Positions 1-10,534 of a DNA stretch of 64,000 nt are shown piece by piece (the stretch's first letter is position 1; each line of letters starts with the position of its first letter). The translations under genes and the position numbers were made by a program. The notes below the pieces were generated by a model. It saw nothing but the letters and a program-made list of their open reading frames with translations. It was not told where the DNA came from and searched no databases. The stretch comes from Candidatus Poribacteria bacterium (GTDB lineage: Bacteria > Poribacteria > WGA-4E > JAJDTR01): positions 5,078,477-5,142,476 of the forward strand of contig OZ240209.1 in the NCBI GenBank assembly GCA_965197465.1, given 5' to 3'.

Positions 1-492
1 CGAACAATCATGATTGAAGGACACTCAAAGACTTATGCAATGACCGGCTGGAGGTTAGGCTACGGCATCGCGCCTAAGCCCATAGCCGATAAGATCACCC
101 AGTTGACAATTAACTCCACTTCCTGTACAACCACGTTTATACAGATTGCGGGTATTGAAGCCCTCAAAGGCCCACAAGACTTTGTGGCGAATATGGCTGC
201 CGAATTCAAGATTCGTCGCGACGCCATTGTCGACGGTCTAAACGCACTTGAGGGAATTAGTTGTCGTAAGCCGCTCGGGGCGTTTTACGTATTCCCCAAC
301 GTGACGCAACTCCCCCTTTCTTGTCGCGACCTAGCCGACCATCTGCTCAATGAAGTTGGCGTCGCGCTTTTGCCGGGAACGGCGTTCGGAAAGTTCGGCG
401 ACGGGTATTTACGACTTTCGTACGCAAACTCCTTGGAAAATATCCATGAAGCCCTAAACCGTATGGAAGCAGGGATTGCAAAAATAGCCTAG
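1..492 (+). CDS. Class I/II PLP-dependent aminotransferase, C-terminal part (5' end outside window)
   Basis: The ORF is in frame from position 1. C-terminal aminotransferase-like sequence (..GWRLGY.., ..LPGTAFG..GYLRLSYA..). Followed 5 bp downstream by thrB. Confidence 0.7.
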   Translation, partial: RTIMIEGHSKTYAMTGWRLGYGIAPKPIADKITQLTINSTSCTTTFIQIAGIEALKGPQDFVANMAAEFKIRRDAIVDGLNALEGISCRKPLGAFYVFPNVTQLPLSCRDLADHLLNEVGVALLPGTAFGKFGDGYLRLSYANSLENIHEALNRMEAGIAKIA

Positions 493-496
493 GTGT

Positions 497-1417
497 ATGT
501 CTCGTAAAGCGATTGCGCGTATCCCTGCAAGCACGACCAACCTCGGTCCCGGCTTTGATGTGCTTGGGCTTGCGCTCCAACTGTATAGCAGCGTCGAGTT
601 AGAAGAGACGGAAAGCGGCAAGGAAGTTGTTGTATCCGGTATTGACGCGGACAAGATTCCCGGCACTAGCGAAAATATCAGCTTCCAAGCGGCAGAACTA
701 ATCTACAAACGCAGCGGAAATCAACCCAAAGGGCTTAGATTAGCTCTAACGAACGGAATTCCGGCAACCCGTGGGTTGGGAGGTAGCGGGACTGCCATCC
801 TTGGCGGTCTGTTGACGGCAAACGTGCTTTGTGGAGAACCGTTCTCGCACTCCGAACTCCTCAATTTCGCGTGCGAAATTGATGGGCACCCCGATAATGT
901 AGCTGCCTCGCTGCTAGGGAGTTTGGTTGTTTCCGTAATGGACTCGGATGTCGTCCACACGCTCAAGTTGGATTGCGGTACGGATCTCCATGTTGTGTTG
1001 GCAATTCCGGACTTCCCACTGTCAACCAAGGACGCACGTCGGCTTTTGCCCAAATCGGTCGAATTCAACGATGCGGTTTTTAATGTGAGTCGCAGTTCAT
1101 TGCTAGTCGCCGCCGTTGCGACGCGGAACTTCGAGATGTTATCGCAAGCGATGAACGATCGGCTACATCAGCCCTACCGAATTCCCCTAATACCCGGTTA
1201 CGATGAAATCGCGGAAGCGGCAACGCAGGCAGGTGCGTTGAGCGTTGCGCTGAGTGGGGCGGGACCGTCGGTTGCCGCCTATTGCACAACCGCGATGCAT
1301 GAGGTTGCCGAGAAGATGTCTCAGGCTTTCGCCCGCCATCAAGTCGCTTGTGATGTCAAGATTCTGCCCATTGATGCAACGGGCGCAACGGTACAACTCA
1401 TCCAACCAACGAATTAA
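497..1417 (+). CDS. thrB: Homoserine kinase (GHMP kinase family)
   Basis: 306 aa. GHMP motif PATRGLGGSGTA. N-terminal ..IPASTTNLGPGFDVLGLAL.. is typical of ThrB. Confidence 0.85.
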   Translation: MSRKAIARIPASTTNLGPGFDVLGLALQLYSSVELEETESGKEVVVSGIDADKIPGTSENISFQAAELIYKRSGNQPKGLRLALTNGIPATRGLGGSGTAILGGLLTANVLCGEPFSHSELLNFACEIDGHPDNVAASLLGSLVVSVMDSDVVHTLKLDCGTDLHVVLAIPDFPLSTKDARRLLPKSVEFNDAVFNVSRSSLLVAAVATRNFEMLSQAMNDRLHQPYRIPLIPGYDEIAEAATQAGALSVALSGAGPSVAAYCTTAMHEVAEKMSQAFARHQVACDVKILPIDATGATVQLIQPTN

Positions 1418-1539
1418 GTGCCCGCTTGAAAACCTATTTGGACCCGCCCCATTTGTCCTGAAGTCGATTTCCCTTCTTAGAACCTGTTTGAAAACTAGAT
1501 GGATAAGTCATTTTTGGGCATTTGGAGTGCTATTACCTG

Positions 1540-1665
1540 TCGCCCCGCTGGGGCTTAGGTGCATGGGGTTTCGGCGTTGCTACACACCTTTAGGATCTCT
1601 ATCGCACTCGCTATTCGCTCGCTTGATCCCCTCTGGGGCTTTTAGAAGCTGGTGCGCTGACACCC
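1540..1665 (+). repeat. Dispersed intergenic repeat, family A (GGGATyTCTATCGC..CTATTCGCTCGCTTGATC core)
   Basis: An inverse-orientation copy is duplicated at 9275-9440. Further copies at about 2950-3070, 4060-4290 (x2), 8200-8240, 20165-20210, 23700-23830, 25500-25600, 28590-28690, 35840-35880, 51340-51410, 52950-53170, 55490-55790, 57150-57240, 59290-59350. Confidence 0.8.
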
Positions 1666-1928
1666 TACAAGAGTGCTGATGAAAACCTTGGTTTTGAGGC
1701 GAATTGTGCTACAAAAATCAATTTTCAAACAGGCTCTTAGCTCGACTTTGTACAAAACTAGAATACTGAGGAGAATTCGTAGCAGGCCAATCGCACCCTA
1801 CAGAGGATATCCGCTCCTTTAATCGCTCGATTAACCCTACAACATGGTGGGCAGTAAGAGGGGGAATCAGGGATCCGACTATCCCCGATCCCACCTTACA
1901 GGACCTTGAAGTTAGCGGGCGTCGCAAG

Positions 1929-2765
1929 CTACGTTGTTAGTTCTCGGCTAACCACGGCTCTCGCCAAGTGTGGGAAGAGTTGGTCGTGGATTTCCATCGG
2001 CTGGCGGAGGTGAACCATGCGGTTCTCGTCAGCGGTATCTATCATGGTGGGATAGTATACGCCGGCTCCCGTTTTGAGCTTGTAACCCCCCGGCGAATGC
2101 GTGCTGAGGTATCGACGCGCAATGTCGAAATCTTCAGGTGACTTGGCGCGGCGGGTGCAATTCATGGTGAACATGCGCCTTCGATTTCCGCCGCCGAAAG
2201 AGGCGTGATAGAGATCGTGATTAAAAACCACAACATCGCCGGGATTGGTTTCCATAGCGACGCTGCCGGGGAACTCCCCGGGCGGGATACCGAAAAGCTC
2301 GAGCGAATTATTGACATCTATCTTCTGTGTGCGAACGTAGTGATCAGGTTTATGGCTCGCGGGAATGAAACGCAGCGCGCCGGTGTCGCGGGTTAGCGGA
2401 TCCAAATAGAACGCAATCTTGGCGGCGAAGAGTTTTCCCCAGCTTCCGTCAGGGTGCCAGCCGGTGTTGCCGCTGTAATAGTTGCCGTCACCGCCGCAAT
2501 AATTGAAATCCTCTCCCAGAATACTTCCGATGAGGTCAAGTATCACGGGGTGATCGAGTAGCGCGCACATGTCGGGTCTATGTTCAATGGGTTTCAGAAA
2601 CATGGTGCGGTGTGAACCGTCGTGATCTCGTCCGCCGCCGCAGTTCTGAATTGACCATTCAAATCTTTCGATGATTTCGTCTGTCTCTTCGGGTGGAAAC
2701 AGTTGTGGAATCATCAGGTAGCCAAAGGTGTCGAAGAAGCTCAGTTGTTCTTGAGTCAGTGGCAT
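1929..2765 (-). CDS. Phytanoyl-CoA dioxygenase (PhyH) family Fe(II)/2OG oxygenase
   Basis: 278 aa with PhyH-like sequence features (WHPD.., HxD..H arrangement). Confidence 0.6.
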   Translation of the reverse strand: MPLTQEQLSFFDTFGYLMIPQLFPPEETDEIIERFEWSIQNCGGGRDHDGSHRTMFLKPIEHRPDMCALLDHPVILDLIGSILGEDFNYCGGDGNYYSGNTGWHPDGSWGKLFAAKIAFYLDPLTRDTGALRFIPASHKPDHYVRTQKIDVNNSLELFGIPPGEFPGSVAMETNPGDVVVFNHDLYHASFGGGNRRRMFTMNCTRRAKSPEDFDIARRYLSTHSPGGYKLKTGAGVYYPTMIDTADENRMVHLRQPMEIHDQLFPHLARAVVSRELTT

Positions 2766-3058
2766 TTCTGTAACCTCCTAGAAGAAGGGGGTGGAAGGAT
2801 GGAAGCGGGGAAGGTTGGAAGGCTCCTTTTCGCGCCGCGTCCTATCCTCCGGAGCAGAACAAATGGGGGACAAATTGTTGGGTTTCACCGGGTTCAACGC
2901 AACCTACGGGATTGAAGGGGCGTAGAAACCGAGTTTTCAAGAAACACTCGGTTTCGTCGCGATTCGGAGATCGCTCCTACAGCCGGGCTGGAGGGATCTC
3001 TATCGATCAAGGGAGCGGCTAGTGACCGCGATAGAAATCTTGCTCCCTATCCGCTCGC

Positions 3059-3880
3059 TTAATCGCTCTGATTTGACCAGACGAGCGGGGTCTGAGATTC
3101 GTTGTTGAGGACATCTCCGATATCAAGGCTTTCTACCTGCTCATCGGACAGAACGTTTTGGATACCGTTGAATGTCGCACCATCCGGCATATAGATGCAG
3201 GTCATCGCCCGACGCGGATACGGTGTCATATTGGGGCCTGCGGCATGGGCAGTGAGTCCGTTGTGAAAACCGGCAGATCCAGCCTTCATCTCGGCAGCCA
3301 CAGGCTCAATCTCTCTGAAACCGGGATATTCGTCGAAGAGAGCTCCTATAGTGGGCCCAAAGTGCCCTTTCTTTTCATAATTTGTTAACTTGTGTGAGCC
3401 GGGCAGGTAGTACATGCAACCATTCTGTATCGTGGCGTCGTCCAAGGCAATCCAAATGGAGATTGCGTTAGGTGAGTGAAAAGACCAATTGGGATCGTCC
3501 ACGTGCCAGGACGTGGGGTTGTCCCAGGCACGTTTCTGCAATGTCTGATCGTGCCATACGCGGATGCCGTCAACGCTTGCGAGTTTGCACAGCATTTTCC
3601 CATGCTCGGGGTTCAGAAAATACTTTTTGACGGTGTCATTGATTTTCCACAGGTTGACGCGCTGGAGGAAGACTCTGTTGTAATAGGAATCCATCCCTTT
3701 ATTGAGCGCTTTGTTGCTTTCTCCTCCGTCGGCAATCCTGTCGTTCCCCATCTGCGTCACGGCTCCATTGACAGCGGAGCACATTTCCTCGAGTTCGTCG
3801 GAGGTAAGAAAGTCCTCGATTATGAGCCAGCCTTCGCGCTGGTAGGCTTCAATTTGTTGAAAGGTTAATGCGGTTTTCAT
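3059..3880 (-). CDS. Phytanoyl-CoA dioxygenase family protein (paralog A)
   Basis: 273 aa. About 75% identical to the neighbouring paralog at 4258-5103. ..WHVDDP.. / ..HNGLTAHAAGPN.. motifs. Confidence 0.6.
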   Translation of the reverse strand: MKTALTFQQIEAYQREGWLIIEDFLTSDELEEMCSAVNGAVTQMGNDRIADGGESNKALNKGMDSYYNRVFLQRVNLWKINDTVKKYFLNPEHGKMLCKLASVDGIRVWHDQTLQKRAWDNPTSWHVDDPNWSFHSPNAISIWIALDDATIQNGCMYYLPGSHKLTNYEKKGHFGPTIGALFDEYPGFREIEPVAAEMKAGSAGFHNGLTAHAAGPNMTPYPRRAMTCIYMPDGATFNGIQNVLSDEQVESLDIGDVLNNESQTPLVWSNQSD

Positions 3881-4257
3881 CTCAAAACTTGCCTGAATCG
3901 CGGATTAAACAGATTAAAGGATTTCACGGATTAAGATTGGCTAAGCGGTAAATCCCCTAGGGGTTGCGAAACATGACTCTTGTGCTAACTCCGTAAGATT
4001 TGAATAGTTAGAAAATATTCCATGTTAAGGCAGCCTAACATGGAAAATCTCTATCGCATTGGGAGTTCTATCGCACGGGATTAGCTATCAAGACTTTCTA
4101 TCGCCTTCACTATCCGTTCTGTTGATCGCTCGCTATTCAGTCGCTTGATCCTCGCCTACCATTATCGGGCGAGGGAACCTCGCCCCTACGGGCAATCGAC
4201 GTGAGTTGGGGCAACAGGATTGCTATCGCGGTCATTATCCATTCCCTTGATCCCTCG

Positions 4258-5103
4258 CTATTCACTCGGTTGATCGCTACCTGCAGCAGGCAGATTGGAC
4301 CAGACGAGCGGGGTCTGAGATTCGTCGTTGAGCACATCTCCGATATTGAGGCTGTCTACCTGTTCATTGGACAGGACGTTTTGGATGCCGTTGTAGGTCG
4401 CTCCATCCGGCATATAGATGCAGGTCATCGCTCGGCGCGGATTCGGCGTCATGTTGGGACCTGCCGCGTGAGCAGTGAGTCCGTTGTGAAACCCGGCTGA
4501 GCCAGCCTTCATCTCGGCGGCCACAGGCTCAATCTCTCTGAATTCGGGGTATTCGTCGAAGATTGCTCCCATATTAGGTCCAAAGTGCCCTTTCTTTTCA
4601 TAGTCTGTTACCTTGTGTGAACCGGGCAGATAATACAGGCAACCATTCTGAAGCGTTGCGTCGTCCAAGGCAATCCAAATGGAGATGGCGTTAGGAGAGT
4701 GAAATGACCAACTTGGATCGTCCACGTGCCAAGACGTGGGGTTGTCCCAGGCAAGCTTCTGCAACGTCTGATCGTGCCACATGCGGATGCCGTCAATGTC
4801 AGCGAGTTTGCATAGCATTTCGCCCAATTCGGGGTTCAGGAAGTACCTTTTGAGGGTGTCATTGATTTTCCATAGGTTGACTCGCTGCAGAAAGACTCTT
4901 CGGTTAAACGGCTTCACATCTTTGAAGAGCGCTTTGTTGATTGTTCCTCCGTCCGCAATTCTGGTGTCTCCCATCTGCGTCACGGTTTCACTGACAGCGG
5001 AGCGCATTTCCTGCAGCTCATCGGAGGTGAGAAAGTCTTCGATGATGAGCCAACCCTCGCGCTGATAAAGTTCAACTTGTTGGGATGTCAATGCTGTTTT
5101 CAT
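4258..5103 (-). CDS. Phytanoyl-CoA dioxygenase family protein (paralog B, tandem duplicate)
   Basis: The ORF runs to 5250, but the alignment with paralog A and an MKTALTSQQ start place the start codon at 5101-5103. Two dispersed-repeat copies lie in the spacer between the two paralogs. Confidence 0.6.
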   Translation of the reverse strand: MKTALTSQQVELYQREGWLIIEDFLTSDELQEMRSAVSETVTQMGDTRIADGGTINKALFKDVKPFNRRVFLQRVNLWKINDTLKRYFLNPELGEMLCKLADIDGIRMWHDQTLQKLAWDNPTSWHVDDPSWSFHSPNAISIWIALDDATLQNGCLYYLPGSHKVTDYEKKGHFGPNMGAIFDEYPEFREIEPVAAEMKAGSAGFHNGLTAHAAGPNMTPNPRRAMTCIYMPDGATYNGIQNVLSNEQVDSLNIGDVLNDESQTPLVWSNLPAAGSDQPSE

Positions 5104-5326
5104 CTTAATGCCTCCAAGTGATAGATTGTTGGAAATGAACGTAGCATCTCCCCTGCTCAAGCAAGTAGGTAGTTGATATATGCTTGCGCCAGCGAGTGCG
5201 AGATCTTGTCTGGAGCGTGTTAACCTAATCGCGGCTCCGATTCCCGACAAGTCGCGATTCGAAAATCGCTCCTACCGTTTAACGTAAGGTGGTTTACGGC
5301 ACATGGAGAACCACTTTGAAACGATG

Positions 5327-6178
5327 TCACCTAGGGTTTTTTATGTGCGCCCATGTCGTGACGAGTTTGCCTGTCGGAAAAACGGCTAGCGCAGCAGCCA
5401 ATCCCTCCTCGACAATTTGTCCGAGATCTTCATCGGACAGCGCATGATTAAAGACGGCAACATCGTCAATCATGCCGTCCAGATAGTGTTCGTCACGCGG
5501 CTTTGCCGTTCTTCCAATGTTTAGAGGCGCCCCTTTAGCATTACCCGCCGCGAGGGTGGTGGTCCAGTTTTTCTCGCCAATCAGTTTTCCATCGTAATAC
5601 ATCTTCATTTTGTTTCCGCTGCGCGCCATGGCGTAATGATGCCACTCCATATACTTATAGCGACCAGGGACTTGGGGGCCCATATCCGTACCACCGCCTC
5701 CTCCTCCGCCGCAACCTATACAGAAGTGAAAGTATAATTGTTCGCCGGCGCAGCAATGCCTTAACCTAAACCACCATCCATCCCAGAATACCGCATCCAA
5801 GTGTACAGTTGTATAGCCCATGATGTTGTAACGTCTGTCTTTTCCTCGTTGATCCATAAGGACGTAGGCAGCGATGGTAAAGTCGTCGTCTCCAAATGCC
5901 CAAGCATCGTTGGCGTTCGGCACCTCGACATAACTATCCTCGCCGTCCAGCACTATGCCGCCGCCAAACTTCCCCTTTCCCCAAGTGGCACCTCCCTTGA
6001 GTGTTCCGATGTTCCCATTACGGCTGAGATCTGCGCTTCGCTTTCCCTCACCTTCATCAAAGCTCAACGCGACTATGGCGCTCCTGATATTAATCTCGGC
6101 ATCGCTGGTTTCCATCATCAGACTGAGAGAGACTATTGCCACAGTTACCATGAGTGACGCATAAAGTAGACGTTTCAT
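5327..6178 (-). CDS. Secreted LamG / concanavalin-A-like lectin domain protein
   Basis: Signal peptide. ..LDGEDSYVEVP..DDFTIAAYV.. is a LamG_3-like signature, with a Gly7 linker. The C-terminus ..GKLVTTWAHIKNPR resembles the shared tail motif. Confidence 0.55.
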   Translation of the reverse strand: MKRLLYASLMVTVAIVSLSLMMETSDAEINIRSAIVALSFDEGEGKRSADLSRNGNIGTLKGGATWGKGKFGGGIVLDGEDSYVEVPNANDAWAFGDDDFTIAAYVLMDQRGKDRRYNIMGYTTVHLDAVFWDGWWFRLRHCCAGEQLYFHFCIGCGGGGGGGTDMGPQVPGRYKYMEWHHYAMARSGNKMKMYYDGKLIGEKNWTTTLAAGNAKGAPLNIGRTAKPRDEHYLDGMIDDVAVFNHALSDEDLGQIVEEGLAAALAVFPTGKLVTTWAHIKNPR

Positions 6179-7407
6179 TGGTTCACCTCTTAAAATTACA
6201 GTTCGTTCTCGTATAGCTTGGCCATTTTGAGGACGAACCGGTGATTGGATGTATACGGGTTCAACGCAAGTAACCTGTTAATGCGAACGGCAACATGCCT
6301 AATCCAAAAGTGAGTGCAGCAGGGAAGGGAAGAAACACACCTCATATCACGAAAACGTGCTGAAATTTTCAATGTCACCGCTGTTGAATTCTCGGGTCTG
6401 TCCACGGCAACTCGAGGCCTAGAGCGATCTGCACATAATCTCGATATGAGTCTACGTATGTTTTCAAGTTTACTATATCACATTATATGTTTTTTAATCA
6501 ACCTATCCCCCTTTTTAACTTATACGTTTGAGTTATTCCATTTCCAAATTTATGGGTTTCCAATGCCCGTGATCGGTTGGGTTATAGTTTGGTACATATT
6601 CAACCCGATACACAAAATCACCCCTTTTTGCCTGTCCTTGCCATTTATTTGTTTGGGGGTTAAGGTGGATATTTCGCACTGTGGAATAAGTAATCTTCAG
6701 GTTGCTAGATACTAGCCTATCACCCGAAATTGTTACTAGGGTTTTCTGTTGCTCAAGTTTTACCTGTAGGCAAGCCCTATCGGTTGCTGTGTGTTCTAGT
6801 AATTTACTTAAAACTTCCTCAGTGATTACGCTTGGCATATCTTGACTTATTCATCTATTCGGGGTTGGCTACAACGATCAACATGCCTGAGAATAGCCCA
6901 TAATTGCCCTGTATTCAATTCTTTTGGGGTTTTACGAACGGGTTTTTGCAGATAGCCAATCGCTCCTATTTCATCTTGACAGTTAATCCGTATTCTGTCA
7001 AGATTGAAAATGAGTTACTTCAGCCTTATTATTATACCAAGGGAGATTCCACCATGAAATTACGTGCAAGCGTGTTGATTTTCATTCTCAGTCTGTTGTG
7101 TGTAGAAAATGCAGATAGTACGATTCTAGACCTGAATGGTGTAATGCACTCACCAGAATCCTTCAGGCGTTGAAATTTGACCAGAATTAGTCGGGTTTTA
7201 TTACTAAAATCTCCTTATTTTCTGTATAAAGGATGGGGATAAGTTCACGTTTGGCTACGAGTATTCGCAACAAAAAGGTAACTTTCGGGTAGTAGAACTT
7301 ACCCTTATTGAAATTTTGCTTCATAATTGCTTTACATATGCTTTATATTTTATTGACTTTTTACTTGACACCCTTTTCTGCCAAGTGTTAATATGCCATA
7401 GTCAAAA

Positions 7408-7656
7408 ATGGGTGATTTCAAGTTAGCAGAATTTGAAAACAGAGAGAGGTTTATCATGGGCACAACGAAAAATCCGAAATCTATAAATCAAGTGATTGCA
7501 GAGCCACCAATGTTAGTTACACGTATGGCAATCCCTGAAGATGAGGATGATTTTTTGTACACCGATGAATCTATCGTAGCTTCTTTGAATCGGGCAAGAG
7601 AAGAAATGAGGCAGGGAAAATTCATCCCAAAAGAAGATGTAATAGAAGATGTTTGA
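7408..7656 (+). CDS. Type II antitoxin (RelB/Phd-like; alternative start 7456)
   Basis: Small acidic protein. Overlaps the downstream RelE/ParE toxin gene by 8 nt. AT-rich island. Confidence 0.5.
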   Translation: MGDFKLAEFENRERFIMGTTKNPKSINQVIAEPPMLVTRMAIPEDEDDFLYTDESIVASLNRAREEMRQGKFIPKEDVIEDV

Positions 7657-7903
7657 TTACCGCTTCATCAATGAATCAAGGAAGCAATATAGAAACCTTG
7701 ATGAGCCTACAAAACAACGTGTAAACGAAGCACTGAACGATATAATGGAATCACCGTTCCGAAATCCTCATATTAGCAAGTTGAAGGGAAGGCAAGATGA
7801 ATACAGATATAAACTTGGGGATTATAGGATTGTTTACCATACAGACAAACAGGAGAGAATGTGTACCATCCTTGCAATAGTAAGCCGTGAGGGTGCATAC
7901 TAG
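7649..7903 (+). CDS. RelE/ParE family type II toxin
   Basis: 84 aa with a RelE/ParE-like C-terminus (..GDYRIVYHTDKQERMCTILAIVSREGAY). Confidence 0.7.
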   Translation: MFDYRFINESRKQYRNLDEPTKQRVNEALNDIMESPFRNPHISKLKGRQDEYRYKLGDYRIVYHTDKQERMCTILAIVSREGAY

Positions 7904-8094
7904 ATACTCTTCCCGCCAAAATACCCCTCCATTATCGTGGCAGGTTAAGGAATGGTTTCAGAGTTGAGACTTTTATTGTCCGAAAACTGCCATCGGATTC
8001 GCCCGCTTTTAGTTTTTCTGAGTAGCCCTCGCAACTTTTTTCTAATCTCCCCAGATAGCTATCCATCCCCTAGCTAATCACTCAGTATTCGTGA

Positions 8095-8300
8095 ACTGAA
8101 CTTACCCCCATCCTTTAGACAGAAACTAACGAGATTTAAGTAATAAAATCCGGTTAAACTTGGTCAAATTTCAACGTCTGAGGTTATTGGAAATACACCT
8201 GGTAGGGATCTCTACCGCACGCGCTATCCGCTCGCTTGCTGGTGTACAGTAATCGAGCGATTGATGAAACCGATGTGAGTGTCGATGGGGAGATTCCTGT
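8095..8300 (+). repeat. About 200-bp direct repeat, copy 1 (promoter region plus 5' end of small Cys-motif gene)
   Basis: Near-identical to 20058-20262 (cttacccccatcctttagacagaaactaacgagatttaagtaataaa..ggtagggatctctaccgcac..gtaatcgagcgattgatgaaaccgatgt..). Confidence 0.85.
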
Positions 8301-8424
8301 TTACATTACTAAATCGGGCAAGAAATATCACAGGGAAAATTGCCGTTGGGTAAATAGACCGTTATCATTGGCAAAGGCAAGGGAAATCTACTCGCCATGT
8401 AACAAGTGTAATCCACCGAAGTGA
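8236..8424 (+). CDS. Small Cys-motif protein (..GKKYHxxxC..C-x2-C), putative Zn-binding
   Basis: 62 aa. Paralog of 20197-20472 (N-terminal 25 aa nearly identical). Confidence 0.5.
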   Translation: MLVYSNRAIDETDVSVDGEIPVYITKSGKKYHRENCRWVNRPLSLAKAREIYSPCNKCNPPK

Positions 8425-9200
8425 AGAGGAAGAAAATGTACGAAGAATACATAGACTTTGCTGTAACAGCCAAAGCCCATGTCAGGATTGTACAAGACGC
8501 TCTATTTTCTATAGAAAGTTCCCTAGAAAAGATTGCTGCGAACTACAATAAATGTGTAAACATCTTCAGAGCAGAATTGATTAGAAGAGCGTTGATTCAT
8601 GATAATGATAAGTTCGATGATGATGTTATCATCAATGGGAAGCAAGTACCTTTTCAGTTTGCCGAATACACCGTGGGCTCTGACTATTTCTTTGGCAATG
8701 GAGCTGCAGATATGGAATACGACTCTGAAGAATATCGTAAAATCAAATCAGCGGCGTATGCCGGGCTCAACGCTTTCGATAATCATAAAAAAAAGATTAA
8801 TGATCATCACCCAGAGTACCACGAAGACTGCAAAAAAGACATGAAACTTCTTCCACTAATTGAAATGGTATGCGATTGGTGGGGCTCTACTGCCTACTCT
8901 AATGAAGATCCGAAGTCTAAGTTTCGAGCAGATTCAGCCAAGAATATTTGTCATTATAGTTTTGACGGCTATCAGAAATTCGTAGTAGAACGAACTCGTG
9001 ATTTCATAGACACTCGTGCCGAAGATTTGATTGAAATCATTTACAAAGGGTGTACGAATTACCCGAAAGATTCTATGCCACCGTGTACTTCGGACGCCGA
9101 AAGTCAATTCTATAGAGAATTGAATGATTTTCTCAAAGAACGAATAAATTCACTAGCGCAAGCTAAAGCTAGGCGATCTAAAGCTTGGAAGACACTATGA
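8421..9200 (+). CDS. Hypothetical protein, possible HD-domain phosphohydrolase
   Basis: 259 aa, AT-rich. ..ALIHDNDK.. resembles the HD motif HDxxK, followed by a ..DHHPEYHEDC.. His cluster. GTG start at 8421 or ATG at 8436. Confidence 0.3.
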   Translation: MKRKKMYEEYIDFAVTAKAHVRIVQDALFSIESSLEKIAANYNKCVNIFRAELIRRALIHDNDKFDDDVIINGKQVPFQFAEYTVGSDYFFGNGAADMEYDSEEYRKIKSAAYAGLNAFDNHKKKINDHHPEYHEDCKKDMKLLPLIEMVCDWWGSTAYSNEDPKSKFRADSAKNICHYSFDGYQKFVVERTRDFIDTRAEDLIEIIYKGCTNYPKDSMPPCTSDAESQFYRELNDFLKERINSLAQAKARRSKAWKTL

Positions 9201-9948
9201 CTGAGAATCAGAGACAACACCTGATTGAGGGGTACAAAGCCCTAAGAGCCTGTTTGAGGAGTACATTTGTAGGGTGCGCACTGCGCACCAGCCTCTAAAA
9301 GCCCCAGAGGGGATCAAGCGAGCGAATAGCGAGTGCGATAGAGATCCTAAAGGTGTATAGAAACGCCAAAACCCCGTGCACCAAAGCCCCAGCGTGGGAT
9401 CAAACGAGTGGATAACGAGTGCGATAGAAATCCCACAGGTACGTAGCAGACAACAATAAAAACCTTCCTACAAATGACCAAAAATGGCTTTGCTACCGAT
9501 TATTCAAGCAGGCTCTAATGCAATACGGCGTACAATTGTCTCAAGACCATCTAAATTATGATAGAATAATCATGCCTCTGTCACTTGTCCCGGCTTATTT
9601 TGTATTAACCTCATTGGACGTACGAGAGGCCGGCTGGCCAGCCGAAGTATTGATATGGTGTGCAGGCCCTGTATTATTATTGTTTTGGCATCACCGTAAC
9701 TTGCGAAGCCAGGATAGGCTATATAAACTTTAGGACACAGTAGCCTGCATCAAGAAAAGGCTTTGCATCGTCGCCTACAGCACGGCCCACGATTATATGA
9801 ACGAATCACCCACACGACCTGACTTTAAATTAAAGGCTATGTTTGCTAAGGGTGTAGGATTGATATATTTTCTTGTGTTGTGCTACATGTTCTGGCGTTG
9901 GTCAACATGCTAAAAACGTCCGGTAAGAGCTGTTAAAGGAGGTGCATA

Positions 9949-10287
9949 GTGAATAAAAAGCATTGGTGGTGGATCGTCCCCGTCGCTTGCTTCCTGTTAT
10001 TCTGTTGTTTTAGCGCGTTCATGATATTCGTCGACGACGAATACGAGGGCCGTGTCCACCGAGATTTCGTGCACGTTAGGCTGTCCGAATTGACAAGAGG
10101 CGTTGAATACCCCAGTGAGGAATGGGACGCCGCCGCCGACCGTTACTTGGCCGAATATGATATGGTTATTGAGTCTTTGCCCCTGCGCCCTAAAGTAGAG
10201 CACCGGCTATGGCAGGTCTGGATCCCCATAGTATTCGACTTACGCTTAATTGACCTCTGGTTTTATCTAACAAACCACTTCCGATAA
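9949..10287 (+). CDS. Hypothetical membrane-anchored protein
   Basis: 112 aa. N-terminal TM segment (WWWIVPVACFLLFCCFSAFMIF). Confidence 0.3.
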   Translation: MNKKHWWWIVPVACFLLFCCFSAFMIFVDDEYEGRVHRDFVHVRLSELTRGVEYPSEEWDAAADRYLAEYDMVIESLPLRPKVEHRLWQVWIPIVFDLRLIDLWFYLTNHFR

Positions 10288-10319
10288 TGGCTGTTATGTG
10301 CCACTAGCTATTACGCTCC

Positions 10320-10510
10320 ACGATTTCACCTCATCATTTGTAGTTGTCCCTACCCATAGGTTACCCTGACACGGCACGACCCCACGAATTGTATCAAACT
10401 CACCCTCCGATGTGTCGCAGCGTTTCGTACTTTCCTATCTAACAAGTGAACACCAATGTTCATTTTTTATGCAAGAGGGGCATTGGCAGTTCTCGCAACA
10501 GTGCCTCTGT
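10320..10510 (-). promoter_or_regulatory. Conserved paralog-array leader element (orphan copy, no propeller gene downstream)
   Basis: About 85% identical to 11957-12235 and 46003-46262. Contains the gtgaacaccaatgttcatttttt palindrome. Confidence 0.6.
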
Positions 10511-10534
10511 CTTAACAATTTCTAGGGTGCGTCT

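Noticed and set aside
3158-5065. Plus-strand ORFs overlapping the PhyH paralogs (e.g. 3476-3868, 4201-4500, 4781-5065)
   Set aside because: They are antisense shadow ORFs inside well-supported minus-strand genes, with GC-skewed composition and no start context.
6314-7173. ORFs 6314-6715, 6533-6838 and 6904-7173 in the AT-rich spacer
   Set aside because: Low-complexity AT-rich translation, no RBS and no recognisable domains. The region more likely holds promoters or degraded foreign DNA. The 6533-6838 ORF is kept only as a very weak possibility.
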